A stretch of DNA of 64,000 bases from Trypanosoma brucei. Lineage: Eukaryota. Below are positions 1 through 12,900 of the stretch, piece after piece (the stretch's first letter is position 1; every line of letters begins with the position of its first letter). The stretch lies in the NCBI GenBank assembly GCA_000002445.1, contig CP000067.1:1-64000 (forward strand), given 5' to 3'. The position numbers and the translations under genes were made by a program. The notes beneath the pieces were generated by a model, which saw nothing but the letters and a program-made list of their open reading frames with translations, was not told the DNA's origin and did not search any database.

Positions 1-1681
1 GAATTCCCTATCGCTCACATGTTTTAGTCCTCAGCCACACTCACTTTGCTATTCTGTGGGCTCCTGAAACCAATGCCATGATGTACGGATGGCTTTGTGT
101 TTGGGAACTGCAATAAAAATAAGAATAATAATAATAACTCCTTTCACCAATGAGTTTACTATTGGTTGTAAAAGTGCTCTTGGTGTCACCCCATTATTCT
201 TTTTTGAGTCCCCAGCTGTTGAGAGCCGCTGTATTTTTTAAAAAGAGTGATGCACCGTTTTATTCCCCACCCCTTTCAGGCGACTTTCTCCTGCACGGTT
301 GATACTTTCCCATTGTAGAATGTTTCTCAAGGTGTTTCTTTTGTGAAGCTTTGGTTATGCTATAATTAAAGACCACTCAACTCCATGCTTCCGGGACCTG
401 TTGTTGCATTTATTCCCCTTTAATTGCTGCAAATTTGTTCACTTGACAAGTTGTACTGCAATACTTCACTTGACCATATGTGTAACATCGTGTCTCGTTG
501 CTTTATTTAAAATTCAAAAAGAACACATCAGGTGATATTCTTCTGTTCTTACTTCGTACATTCACGCCTCTTCCCGTCAGTTCGGAAACTCCCACTCAAA
601 CTCACCACTCTGTGAATATTTGTAGTTTCCGTTAGTGATGGGTGTACTGAAGTGGACATGTTTGGCACTTCAAAACTAAGTTTTTTAAACTTACACCTTC
701 CTTCCTGCATACAGCTTCAGTGCGAGAGTAAAAGAATAGTTGAGCACCATGAGAAAACATAAGCCCAAAACATTCTCAACGCAAGCTTTCAATAAAAACA
801 AACACATTAAGATGGTTTCGTGAACACATGCAGTATAGTCCCTAGCAAAGGTATTATTCACACCCAATAAACAACTCAAACAAATAACACCACCATACAT
901 ATCGCAGACATATAAGTTGCACCTGCACAAATAAATAAAGGCTGCTGTAACTCATCATGTGTAAAATATTATGAGCACAAAAACACAAATGTCCTTGATC
1001 TTCCATAAATGTATAGCACAATATTATTTTGCATTATCATCGGAAAAAAAATGTATATTGATATATATATTCAGCCAAAAGTCAAGGGCGTGGTCTGGCC
1101 TATTATAACTGTAAATGCGTGCATGTTCTGTTATTATTGTTTCCCATTGTAAAATAAAGATACTTGCAGATGTGGAGAAACGTCTCCCTTAATGCTTATG
1201 ATGCATCAAATAATTCTCTCGTAAAGAAAGGAGCGAGCAAATGCTCAGTACACGTGTCCCTATTTGTATCTTTCAATGAAGGTTCTCTTGAGTGGAGTAA
1301 AGAAAAAAACAAAGAAAAAGCAAGAAGTATATGATGTAATTGGTGAGACATAATGAAATGACCCAACAAGAGGGAAAGGAAGTTACATGCCTTCACTACA
1401 GTCATACAAATAAAGCCAGACCCTTCACACTCGTTTTACAATGTTCTGTCGTATCGCTCTGCATAAACAAAAAATTACTAATAGGAAATGGAAATGTAAG
1501 AAGAGAGTAAAAAAGTATCAAGTAGCTTGAGGATTATCGACACTCAGCTACGTGGAATGATACGCATCGCAAATTTGTGTTTGAAATGCTCACCATCCTA
1601 ATGAACTTACTCGTGTGTTACTTAATCCTGGGAAATACTTCTCTGTTCGCTCAAGTTACCTGACAACTCTCCTTCCACACC
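1..1681. repeat. RHS 3'-flank dispersed repeat, copy A; near-identical to 33231..34906
   Basis: Direct reading: 1..1681 and 33231..34906 align base for base with only scattered substitutions. Both start at GAATTCCCTATCGCTCACATG, and the shadow ORFs 691..930 and 33920..34159 are identical. Each copy lies immediately 3' of a minus-strand RHS CDS. Confidence 0.9.
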
Positions 1682-3120
1682 CTATGCATTGTTACCACCT
1701 CTATTGTTAACTCCGTTGTTATTGTTACCTCTTGCTTTCAATTCAACGTATAGTGCAGTAATGTGGTTACTAAGAGAAACTGAGAATTGACGCACCTCCT
1801 GTTCCCAAAACCTTTTTTCACCTTCATTATCTTGTCCATCTTCTCTGTTTGTCATGCTGCAAGGTTGTGGTTTCGTAATTTTTTCGCTATCAACCCTTTG
1901 AACATATATTATTTCCCATACCATATCATTGGAAAAATTGTCCCAACCTTGGAAGTAACTTCGCAAATACCTTTTCATCTTCAATAACCCTCCGACGCTG
2001 CAGGGATGTTTATCGGAAATTGTGAATTGTAGTCCCACAAAAGTCTTCTGGTTCTCAACAAAAAAGAACGCATCAACAACTGGGAAACTCCTTGATTGCG
2101 GCTTGTACAATTTCATGTATTGAATTTCAGCTCCAGCAACAATTGAAACATCCTTGGGAACCACAATCGAAGGACCAATGAGTCTTGGTTCTTGCAGCAC
2201 CTGCAGCACACTTTGTGGAATTTGATTCCTAGCAAATGAGAGGCCCTGCAACTCCCTTGCCAACTCAATTAGCGTATCCTCATGCGACAATGCTTCAATG
2301 CCACTCTTCTCAAACAGGTGGGCAGTGAGAGCGCGGTTAGACAGCAAAGCAGACATTGCAGCATATTTATTCAGTAACCAAGGTCTCAGAAAGTCTAAAA
2401 TAGCTTGTCCCGTGTAAGATGAAAGCGGTCTGCAGCGATACGTATCACTCAGAAGCTCCTCCTCCTTCACTCGAACAACCCTCACCAACTTGTGTGATGC
2501 TTTGTCTGTTTGCCACATAGCTGCGTTTTGGAAAATTTCTGCGTAATCATTCATATATGTATCATTCAATTTGTTAATGTATCCCCGAATTAGTGTCCAC
2601 TGACTGTCATACGAAACCAAATTACCTATATGACGGAGCAGTGGACCAACGAAAAGAATTCGACCTTGAATTTCTTGCCATTCTCTTTCAATTTTCTCTT
2701 TCGCAACTGGAGGACTCCAACCGTAAGCAGGAGCAATTTTCCCCCACCTCGATATGTGTATGGCTTCCAAATCCTTCAATGTATCACAGTTTACGTAAAT
2801 ATGTGAGGCGGTGTTTTGCTTGGACCATTCATGGAATTGTCTGACGTCTGGAGAGCTCAAAGCAATACCGGCACAACCAACAGGAGGTTTCACTGGAGCA
2901 GGATGATCCTTGTCCACGTCGAATATAAGGTATCCCTTGATATCCTCACCGCCACTCGATTCTCCGATTATCTGCTTAACAGCGGTGAATGCACTCTTAT
3001 AATTACTGTAAAACGTAACATATCCTGCTCGATCGCCTTTGGGTTTACGAAACACGTACGCCTCGCCCTCCACAACGTATATGATAATCTGAAGTTGACT
3101 CGCTTCATAATGCAGTAGTT

Positions 3121-3132
3121 TGTATAACAGTA
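3121..3132. repeat. Target-site duplication TGTATAACAGTA (left copy) of RIME #1
   Basis: The identical 12-mer is at 3641..3652. Its reverse complement TACTGTTATACA matches what I recall as the canonical RHS insertion hot-spot 12-mer. Confidence 0.85.
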
Positions 3133-3640
3133 TTTTTTTTTTTTTTTAGAATTTTCTTCGTGCCTTCGTGAGAGTTTCCCCCCACTGGCGCGGCCATCAG
3201 CCATCACCGTAGAGCCCTGAAATGCTATCGGTCTGGCGACTGTGGCAGAGTCTCCCTTTTTCATTCATCCTAATACACACCCTCTATAATTTTTGTTGTA
3301 TTTCCGCATATGAACGGAATACAGCAGATGGGGCGAGAAGCCTCCCACCCCGGACTCTCCAAAGGATGCCAATTAGCAATCCTTTTTTGGAGTTCCACAT
3401 CACCGGACAGCAGCATCTTAGTGCGGATGATACTGCTGATGGCACGCTGGCACGTGCCCAGGGACCGACAAATGAAAAACGGTGTCCCAGCAAGACGCTG
3501 CTGATCCCTGTGCTGTATGATGCCGTAGCCGGAGCACAGCAGTGTTCCCCATGAAAGGAACTCTGCTGGCTCTTGGCTTCCCCCGATGATACGGGGTACT
3601 GGACCCTGGCACCACGTTGAGGTGGCCGGCATCGCCAGGG
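3133..3640 (-). mobile_element. RIME: RIME non-LTR retroposon, full length (about 493 bp body plus 15 nt poly(A) at 3133..3147)
   Basis: The reverse complement of 3562..3640 reads CCCTGGCGATGCCGGCCACCTCAACGTGGTGCCAGGGTCCAGTACCCCGTATCATCGGGGGAAGCCAAGAGCCAGCAG. This is the conserved 5' 79-mer of ingi/RIME-type elements, recalled from memory. A poly(T) run on the plus strand at 3133..3147 is the poly(A) tail. The flanks are a 12 bp direct repeat. Confidence 0.85.
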
Positions 3641-3652
3641 TGTATAACAGTA
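3641..3652. repeat. Target-site duplication TGTATAACAGTA (right copy) of RIME #1
   Basis: Identical to 3121..3132 and directly abuts the RIME 5' end at 3640. Confidence 0.85.
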
Positions 3653-4715
3653 GGGATCCCACGGAAAAGGATTTACCAATACCAGGCGTACCAATAACAA
3701 CATGAAACATCGGATTGATAGCCACTTCACCCATAAGCCACTGGTTAAGCCGTTCCTCAACCTTATGCCACACCCTCAGTGTTTCCCTGCGGATATAAAC
3801 ATCACTATTAAAAACGTACCCCACTCCCTTCTTGTGATTAATATCATAATCATTTGGGTTCGCTTTACACGACGTGTATGGCCAACCCACTTGAGATGTG
3901 AGCACAGCAATCTCCAAGTTACCGTGACGAGGAAGTGGTTCGTTCATAGTTTTCGGAACGTGACTTACATCAACTTCCTCCTTTGTCCACATGCGCGGCG
4001 GTCTTCCATCGAACACTTTCAATCCAAGTGGCTCTTCATCACAGCCCGACATCACATAGCTCCATTTCGCATTGCAAATGGAATCATACAATCCTCTCAG
4101 TTCGCTACCATCAGCTGCTAGGACAGCTCGCTTTTCCGCTCTCTTGGCGGCTATCACTGCAGCATCCAACCTTCCCCTCGCCACGGGACCAACAAATTCC
4201 CTTATTTCCACTGTCCCCTTCTCCTCCCACTGACTGAGGGTGCTAATTTCCTTTTCGTCAAGATACCTTGCTTTCCGCTTCATTTCAGAGAATTGGTTAT
4301 ATAATTCTTTATATTCCTCAAACTCATCAAGCCCCCGTATCATTCCTAGAAGCCTTGCATCCAAAATATAATCCTCCGGGCTCTGAACAAAAATGGGCAT
4401 CCTAACATTTTCTGCCTCAGCCACCGCAAAAGTCCCGCCAACGAACTCCTGAATAAAGTCGTTCACTGTCATTTTACGCAGAACCTCATACCGTTGCAGC
4501 AATACATCTTCCAGCAGCACATCCCTCACCTTACTATCCATTGTCCAGTTGGGCCCCCCTTCAGTTCTCTGCCGTATTTGTGGAGGCTGAGCAGCAGCAG
4601 GCGGTGGCGGTACATTTTCATCCCGCGGTCTCCTCATGGGCCCTTCAATATTATCTGCCACTTGTTGGTTTGCATTATTTCCTTGTGGAGCTGCGGGACT
4701 ATTTGCTCTTGACAT

Positions 4716-5330
4716 AACTCCCTTAATATTATTAACTTAACTTCCTTTCCTTTTCTTTTTTCTCTGAAATTATAAATAACTGAAGTAAAATAATAGATAA
4801 GAAAACAATAGCGGGTGAACAGTGTAACACAATATCAAATGTAATATAGCGCGCTAATGTTTACTCACTATAGTTTGTATAATATGATATCATAGTGCAT
4901 TTGGTATTGAGAGGAACAATTTCAAAATATAGCAGCTGTATAAATATTTCCCTTGCTTCATTATTATGTGCTAAATATAATTAATTTCCTGTATTATTCT
5001 TCTTACCGATAACATGCAGACAAAAAAAATTACTGCCTCATACATCTGCGTAAACACTTTCTGTAGGGCTTACAATTATAAAGAGTCAAATTCTATTGAT
5101 TAAAATCAAGTAAAACAATAAACAAAAATATAAGGATATTAATGAAACGAAGAAAAAGAGTATCGGCACAACACATAGATATATACACACATGAATACGC
5201 ACTACACAATTGCTTCTTTGTATATCCTCCCCATTATTAAAATACGTAACATTCACTTGCATTGAATAAACTCATTGAAATATAAATCGCTTATCCCCTC
5301 ATGTATTCACTTACTTCTAAAGGAGAATAT
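4716..5330. repeat. Conserved RHS 5' flank, type A (MSRANSP/MPNNIEG-type N-terminus); related copies at 56543..57160 and 61975..62600
   Basis: Direct reading: long runs of similarity, for example ...ctgaaattataaata.ctgaagtaaa... and ...caatttcaaaatatag.agctgt.taaata.ttcccttgcttcat..attatgtgc.aaatataattaatttcctgtat.... Confidence 0.7.
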
Positions 5331-6149
5331 TAAATAATGTCTGTAGGACAGGTAAAAAACTGATAGTCTTTTTGCATCAGATAACCAGAGAGTATTTCTG
5401 TTTACTTTCATAATAAACAAAAACATCATTTTGCCTTCAGTTAAAATAAAATTTAATTACTTGCCTCCTTACTGTTCACAACTGTCAACAACTAATTCAG
5501 CCCCAGAAATTCACATGAATCTTATGTGCCATCGTTGCTTGATGAATTCACACACCTTTTATGATGGTGATTATACAACATATTGTAAAAAATTGGAATA
5601 AAATTAACACAATTAATTGAGGAAACCGTAAAAGATTATCATAACATATCTTTTATTTTCCCTCCCTTCATTTACGCAAATTAAATATGTAATGATACAA
5701 TTCCCTTTCAGTACGTGTCCACACCTATTGTATCATCATTGTAAGTTTCCTACTGCTCATATACGCGAAGCTACTGGAATAACAAAAACATAAAACAACA
5801 CATCTAAACAACTAAAAAATATATAATAAATAAAGGTAATAAAGAGAATAAGCGTGAACTGACAGATAATAAAATGAAACACGTCTCGCACTTTCCTTAT
5901 AAATATTCAATAGTTGGTATGTTACAAATAAAAACAATTACACATTATAGAAAGGAAGGGATATAATTACATTATACACCTGCATGTGGATATGTAACAG
6001 TGAGTCATAGTAGAAATAAATTGCCTAAACACAATAGTTATGGAAGATAAAATAATTCAAAATATCAATAATATTATTCTATCAACATTCCCTTCCTTCT
6101 CCATTAAGTTTTCAATGGTTTCAAATAATAATTCACATAATTCCATACA

Positions 6150-6900
6150 TATGTTACGATGGGCATTGCATGCAGTACAATTGAAAGAAAGTGTAACTCA
6201 TATAACATTTTCAAAAAAAAAGGTATTGAATGGTTGTTTGCTACCATCAATTACATTTCCAATGCCTAATTACACTTTTATATGCATGAAGGAAGTTACT
6301 GATGATAACTTTGACATGCTCGAGAATCCATAACACAAAGCGACTGCTTCATGCAATTAAAAATATAAATATAAATAACATCCGAATTCATTTACTGACA
6401 GATGAGTGCAATCCTTTCATCCAAACTTCATAGCTGTAAACATAAACTTGATGCTGCCAATAGGAAATAATCCCGCATAAATATTGAGTATCTGAAAATG
6501 ATAGCAACGGGTTTCCATTTTTGAAATATATGCATAAACTACATGAGGTATATGAAGCCATATTGGTGAAGTGTCACTACGCATGTTGCAATTTACTATC
6601 AAAAGTGTCTGCCTTATTTTATTTCTTTTGTTACTGTAACTCATGAGCATTATTCATTATTCTTTACAATACAACTGTAAGTCATTTTGCATTTTTACAT
6701 ATTTCCTTATTCTCTCATACTGGAAGTATTCCACATATGAGATTCCTCAATATCGTTCACAAAATAAAAATAATTTTATTTACTTCTGCATTCAGTTTCT
6801 TGTGCAGCAGTGTGTACACTCATCATCCATAAAGTTTTTAATTTGCCAAATACATCATTACGAAACTATTTTCATACCCACACATGCACAAACAAACCGT
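6150..6900. repeat. Dispersed repeat about 750 bp; a second copy lies at 37570..38300, upstream of another RHS gene
   Basis: Direct reading: ...gcattgcatgcagtacaat..aaag.aagtgtaactcatataacattttcaaaaaaaaaggtattgaatggttgtttgctaccatcaattacatttcc... continues for roughly 750 bp in both copies with few differences. Confidence 0.8.
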
Positions 6901-9900
6901 TGGGACAATATCTTTGAGGAATTTCCTTCACTATATTTGCAGTTCAGCAGTGATTAAAATACACTTTTTGTATAATTCAACACATGGTGGAATTGCAAAG
7001 AAATGTGATGGTACTTACAATCAATAAGTTCCCAATTTTCCTCACATGGTCTCCTTTCATGCCTTTACATCCTTATATAATTCACAGATAATTACTGCAA
7101 TATCCTTCACATGCTTTCAGGATTCCATATGTCACAATACAAATTATATATATATATATTTGCTTCTACATTAATTTGGACATAATATTGCTTAACATAT
7201 AAATTATCACAAACCTATGATATTACACTCTTCCTAAGAATAATAGAAACAAATTATTTCTATTTTGCATCATTACATGAAGCTTTGGAAAAGGAAAAAA
7301 AAGAATCAAACAAAGGGTAATGTAAAGAACACAGTTTTTTAATACAGATTATAACTTGTTTGTGAATTTCAGATGCAAACACAAAATGTTCAAACAGGGA
7401 AACAGTAAAGGATGTTACTGGTGATGTAAGCACAAATTAACCAAAAATAGAAACATAAATAAAATTGAAACTTATAAAAACACAAAAATATATGACACAA
7501 ATATTTACCACATATTATAATTCGCCACCCTCACACTTAAATTACAAAGGGTACATAACGCGCATATGTGGTAAAACTAATACAACTCGAATATACGTAT
7601 GTGCCATCTTCTTAACATAATCATTCTAATATTTAGTATGTATGTCTGTGTGTGTCTGTGTGTGTATAGAAATGATGATATGTAATCGGCAGTCCCTTGA
7701 CTCGGAATGCGGTATTAACATGTCTCAGATGTTAAGCATTCTTGCACTATAGGGGAAGTCATTCTCCTTTTTTTCCTTTTTGCGCAAACAAAAAATAAAA
7801 AGAAGAATACAGGGGTTTGTAGCGGATAACTAGCTTTTTGAATCGTAGCAATATATTATGAAGCATGTACCACAGTCTACTCAGTATTTTTTTTATTTTT
7901 TTGACTCTATCTATTTTTATCCATGTTTATAAACGATACTTTTTGTGAAAGTTATAACAAGAAACTAACTCGTATTTTTACTCACCGTCTTCCTTATTTC
8001 TAAATTTCGCAATTGTACCATGGCAAAATATCATTCTTGTTTCCTATTTTATTGAGGAGTTACTCTCACAGAAGATAGCAAGGTGAAAATACTCAAGACC
8101 ACACCAACAGAGGCCAGACATCCTTAAAAAAAAAAAGACGAACAAAGGAGTTAACTACGCAACCCTTCTTACAAATGAGCGTCTGTCAATGTGCAAGAAA
8201 AAACAATGGCTCTTCAACTGCATGCAACACGAGAAACGGTATCAGCGGCTTCAATCCCACAGTTAAAGCCACTTGACGAAACACTCAGCATACGAAACCT
8301 TTGCAAAGCAATGTATTGGTTATTTAAAGAAAAAGAAAAAAATGTATTCCTTCACGTGCCGTTTCAACAAACTGCTAGCCGAGAACTAAGAGTATCAACA
8401 CACACGCATGTGATATCTACGCGTCGAATATTTGCTGCCCAGCTGACTCCAAACTCACAAAGAGGGAACCAGACGTAACCACTTACAGCCCAGCCGCTAG
8501 TGTCCTTTAAGTGCATACAAATACACAACAGCAATCATTGTCACCCCACTAACTTTAGGTATCATTTAATGCGTATTTAACAAGCATGATGCCCGACTCC
8601 AAATGTGAAAGGCACTCGTCACGCACCCGCCCCGCCAATTCCACAGGATGGTGGAGGCAAGGCAGCAAAGGAGCGGCGCAGCGCTGTTAAATCGAATAGC
8701 TGCGCATCGGTTGCATTGAGTTTGTGGAACGCAGAGAAACCACCAGTTGAGTTTAGAGTAAGTGATGCCTCTCACAGAGCCGTGGCGGCAGAATATGATG
8801 TAGACGTCGCGATTCTTTTTTTTTTCTTTTGCTGCAACCTCCCGAAATGCCTTGAAAGGCCAAGCACTACCGTCACCCCCAGAGCAAAAACGTTGGGGAG
8901 AAAAGACGAAACAATGCGTGGGTTGTGGCGCTGAAACCGCAATTACCAACTGGCAAGGTGGATGGACCGCGACATGTGAGCGAGCAAGGGAGGCATCGCT
9001 GTTTGTGGAATGTGGGGAAATGTAAGAAAAGAGACCACTAAATATGATAACGATGTTAGAGCAACGAATATGAGCAGCGTCCAATTCCGTTTAGAAACCC
9101 TGCCCGGAATTTTTGTCCGTAAAACAACAACTAGCAGCACCGACGAATTCGAGGCAGAGGATTGCGGGATGCCAACCAAAAAAAAAACCAACAACAGGCC
9201 ACAACCACACCGAATCAGAAAGTCCATGTAAAAGTAACCAAATACTCGCAGTTCAAACGCTCAAATGTTGGATACGCAGCAGGTGACACGACGGAAGGAA
9301 TGTTATCCGGCGCTTGGAAGCATGTCACCACCGCAACGACTCCTCAGAAACTGGGCAACTTCAAGTGTGGAGTGGCGGCTTGCACATGAACGTAGTGAGT
9401 GTCAGAAAAGGGGTGAAAGGCACAGCGGGAGGAATGGCAAAGCAAAAAATGCAGGGAGGCAGTGCCAAGGCTCCCGAGCAGACATCCGCTAAGACCTACG
9501 GCATATGACATGTGTGGTATGGCGGCACGGCACAGGAGGAACTGTTGCAACGAATCAGACATGGCTGTTATAGGCCCGTCACAGCCTTCAGAGACTTTTC
9601 CAAACGAAAGGAAAGAGCGCAATGCGACAGAGTGATGCTGACGTGTGCAGAAGTCTCGAAGCATTGTATCAGCGAGGTCTGTGGTGACTAAGAGTCAGAG
9701 ATGGATACATGGTTAGAAGGGTGGTGGATCCTGTGAATAGTTGAAAGTAGGGTGCCTGTACTTTATTTCTCATATACTCGCGTGCTCCGTATACAAAATA
9801 TAAATGAGAAATGGATCTCACAAACGCGCCAGCAAAGTGACTCTGTTCCTTTGCAAGGTCCAGACAATTCGTACTAAGACTCTTAAAGCTATTGGACCGA

Positions 9901-12900
9901 AGGAACCTCACGACCATGTGCAGCTGTCAAACGTACGAAAATGGAGAGCTGGCCGGCATCCCACCCTCCACTTGGCAGCTGCTCTCAACTGGAATATCGG
10001 GGATTATGGATGGTGCGGAAAGCTCATCATTTCGTGGATTCTTCTGAATAGCAATGGAATCTGAGGTTAACCCAAAGAATTAAACCGTTGAAAAGACCTG
10101 GTGACCTACGTAGTCTTTTTTTTGTGTAAAAAGTGTCGGACTGACTTACTGCATCCCTTCGCGTGCATGCAAACTGAGCATAACGCAATGTCTCCTTTAT
10201 TATTTGAAGCATGAAAGCTCATGGATTATAGCCATGTGACAGAAAGCCTTGATTACGTTAGACTGATAGGACCGCTGTGTATTTTTCGTTGTTTATGTTG
10301 GGATGGCCATTTGATAGTAGCATCTGCTAGTGTGCAATCATTCTAGTGAATTCGGAACATTACAGTGATTTCTGTTGGGAGTTCCTCTTCCCCCTCACTC
10401 TGAGTAGATGTGGGGTAACTGGTTACCTTTCTGACGCTAACATGGTATGCCAGCTCTGTTTGGGAATGTTACGGTTTCCTCATAGACAGTTTCGAAAATT
10501 GTCCGTAAAGCTGCTTTGAATCCATGCTGCGGTTGTCACGAATCCGAAAAATTATAACGGAGACGGGTCTGCAATAAGACATTGTGAGTTAGCGACAATA
10601 CTGCGTATCAAATAATGTCACATCATGATGATTACAGTGCTGCTTCATAACTTCAGCATGGGGGAATGGCGGAATCGTTTCAAATGCGGAACAAATAATG
10701 AGAGTCCAAATCTCCCTTCTTAAATTCCCGTGGCTACATAAACTGTATGCAGGTGAAACATTTATCAAGGAAACTGTATTTACGAGACTTAATCCAAGGA
10801 GAGATTAGGAATGCAGATACTTCATGCCTTCAATGAACAGTCGTACATCAGACCTGTCAACATTAAGTGACTGAGGAGTTAACCTATTGTAAGGTGTATG
10901 GACATGGAGACATGGTTTGAGCAACCAACAGCCAGTATTCAGTATAGTTGGCTTATGTGAAACCAAAACATCTGCATCTGTGTATGTTCAACCTGACAGC
11001 TTCGCTTACCCTTTTGTTAAGCTATACGACACTCTTCCAGGTGTGTACAACAAAATACAGTTATGCGCGTGATCTTGCGAGTGAGGATGATAGTCTACAG
11101 GAAACATGCGAAACAGGAAAAATATATATTGAGCTGCTCTGAATCCATTTCATGCAGAATGTAAGAGCACAACCCAGCTGATATTTTCGTATTAACCAAC
11201 ACACTGAATAATGATTTAAGAAGCAGGAAAAAGTTGATCCAAACAGCACTTAGCCTGGAGTTATTTCTAATGCTCCTAGATAATATTGTGTATGATGCGT
11301 ATGGGGATTCATTACTTTTTGAGGGAGTATGAAAAAGGATGAGGAGCAGAAACTGTTCGGAAGATGACAATCTTTACCATTCTTATTATTAGGTTGATAT
11401 CCTTTTTGTGATGGTTTAATGGTTTAGTATGTATGAGTGCTTTATAGTCGCTTTATTTGAACACAAACTCATGCATGCGCGCAAGTTGTGAAGCTGCATA
11501 CCCACAGATATCAATTAAGGGCATCAAACTTTTGGTGTATGATAGTCATTTTCATATGAAGTTAGCATTCCGAAACAGCTACCTGGGAAAGGAAATTGAA
11601 GGTCCACCGCCCTTGCCAACACGCGTTTCGTGTGTATTTGTGGTCAAAACGGAGGTCGCATGTAGTCGCACCATTTCATTGACCGCTGCGTAATATATTC
11701 CCTTACTTATACTCATTAATACCCACTGACGCCTCTCTTTTCTCTTTGTGTGCGGGAAGCACTGCCGTCGTGAAGAGAGAATCGCAATATTGGATCAGAG
11801 AATGGATCTCGAGTGTGTTAGGAGGCAGTCAGAGACAACAGCAGTTGTGACGGTTGTGGTGTTCTGGGTGAATTTGGATTTGATTAATGATGAACCTCCT
11901 CGTGTAGCGGTAAGAGACCCTGATGAAACTGCACAAAAAGAAACTGGAGGAAGGGCTTACGATGGTCATAAACACGTCTTATGGATGTGATAATGTATGG
12001 AATGAAAGTGTGGAAACAAGGTTGAGAGAAATCGTGTGTGAGACTGTATTGGCCAATTTTTACAAAATGGGGATGAATTCTCTCCGTGCATGAATGCTGC
12101 GTTGGAGAGTGCAAATGACACGTTACATGTACAAGCTGGAGAGGATGGCGACTGACGTCTGAACTTGGAATGGATGTAGAAGACATAAAGCATTGTACCG
12201 ATGCGAAAGCAAAGGGCGCATGCATATCAACGATAGAAAACTAGTTTAGAGGCTTTTTATTCGGATATGTTGTGGTGGAAACAGTGTGCATGCAGAAACT
12301 CCGAGCATCCGACAACGGGATATAGAAGCGTTAACGATAGTGTCCAACTCATGGAAATCCGGCAGACATCAACTCCTCTCAATTGTAAGTTACTTCGAGC
12401 TTATCAATTTCTTCCTTATGAGGTCCCATTTCCTCCACACACTTTTGCATCACAACAATGGAGAGAAGGAGAAAATGTTGAAGTGCATTATGCACTGTAT
12501 CAAACTTGTTTGTGTATGTATTTGACCTCTCCTGATATGAGTCTAACCGTTACCAACATGTTACCGACTCTGGGAATCCATGAGCATGATGTACATAAAA
12601 TATCACGAACTTTGTGCACGTCCTGGCGTTCCACTTAGTGAGCGTCATCAAACTCAATGAGCAGAACCACATGGAAGGAGGAAATTGTGTATTTGTATGC
12701 ATACATGTGTGTCAATATGTTGGTTTGTAACACTGTGGTGAGAGTAAATGGAAGTATCTTTTAATATGGAGAATACCACACATAAACACACCTCAGTGTA
12801 TCACCAAGAAATAATGGCGGAAACGGGTCAGACAAAGTTTCAGAGATATTAGTCTCAAATATATACATATGACAGTAGCCGTTCTCTGGTCACAACAAGA

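Larger units (their letters stand above)
1682..4715 (-). pseudogene. RHS: RHS (retrotransposon hot spot) protein gene disrupted only by a RIME insertion. C-terminal part 1682..3132, N-terminal part 3641..4715.
   Basis: The N-part ends ...IGTPGIGKSFSVGSLLLY (P-loop) and the C-part resumes KLLHYEASQLQIIIYVVEGEAYVF..., both in the same frame relative to the duplicated 12-mer. The C-part is about 75-80% identical in protein to the intact RHS at 34907..36946. The track ORFs 1682..3073 (GTG 'start') and 3270..4715 (runs into the RIME) are the two halves. Confidence 0.85.

Noticed and set aside
691-930. ORF 691..930 and its identical twin 33920..34159
   Set aside because: Identity reflects the duplicated non-coding flank. 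The translated peptide is low-complexity and Cys/Leu-rich with no family resemblance, so it is unlikely to be a gene.
3270-3640. C-terminal about 120 aa of track ORF 3270..4715 and most of ORF 40694..41197 (…QHRDQQRLAGTPFFICRSLGTCQRAISSIIRTKMLLSGDV…)
   Set aside because: These residues are read-through translation of the inserted RIME elements, identical in both loci. They are not RHS sequence and not a separate host gene.
3284-3760. Numerous antisense or alternative-frame ORFs overlapping RHS and LRRP genes (for example 3284..3760, 35012..35212, 50833..51015, 20490..20828, 61066..61482)
   Set aside because: These are shadow ORFs in long coding regions. Several recur only because the underlying RHS sequence is repeated (for example 28049..28231 is the same shadow frame as 50833..51015).
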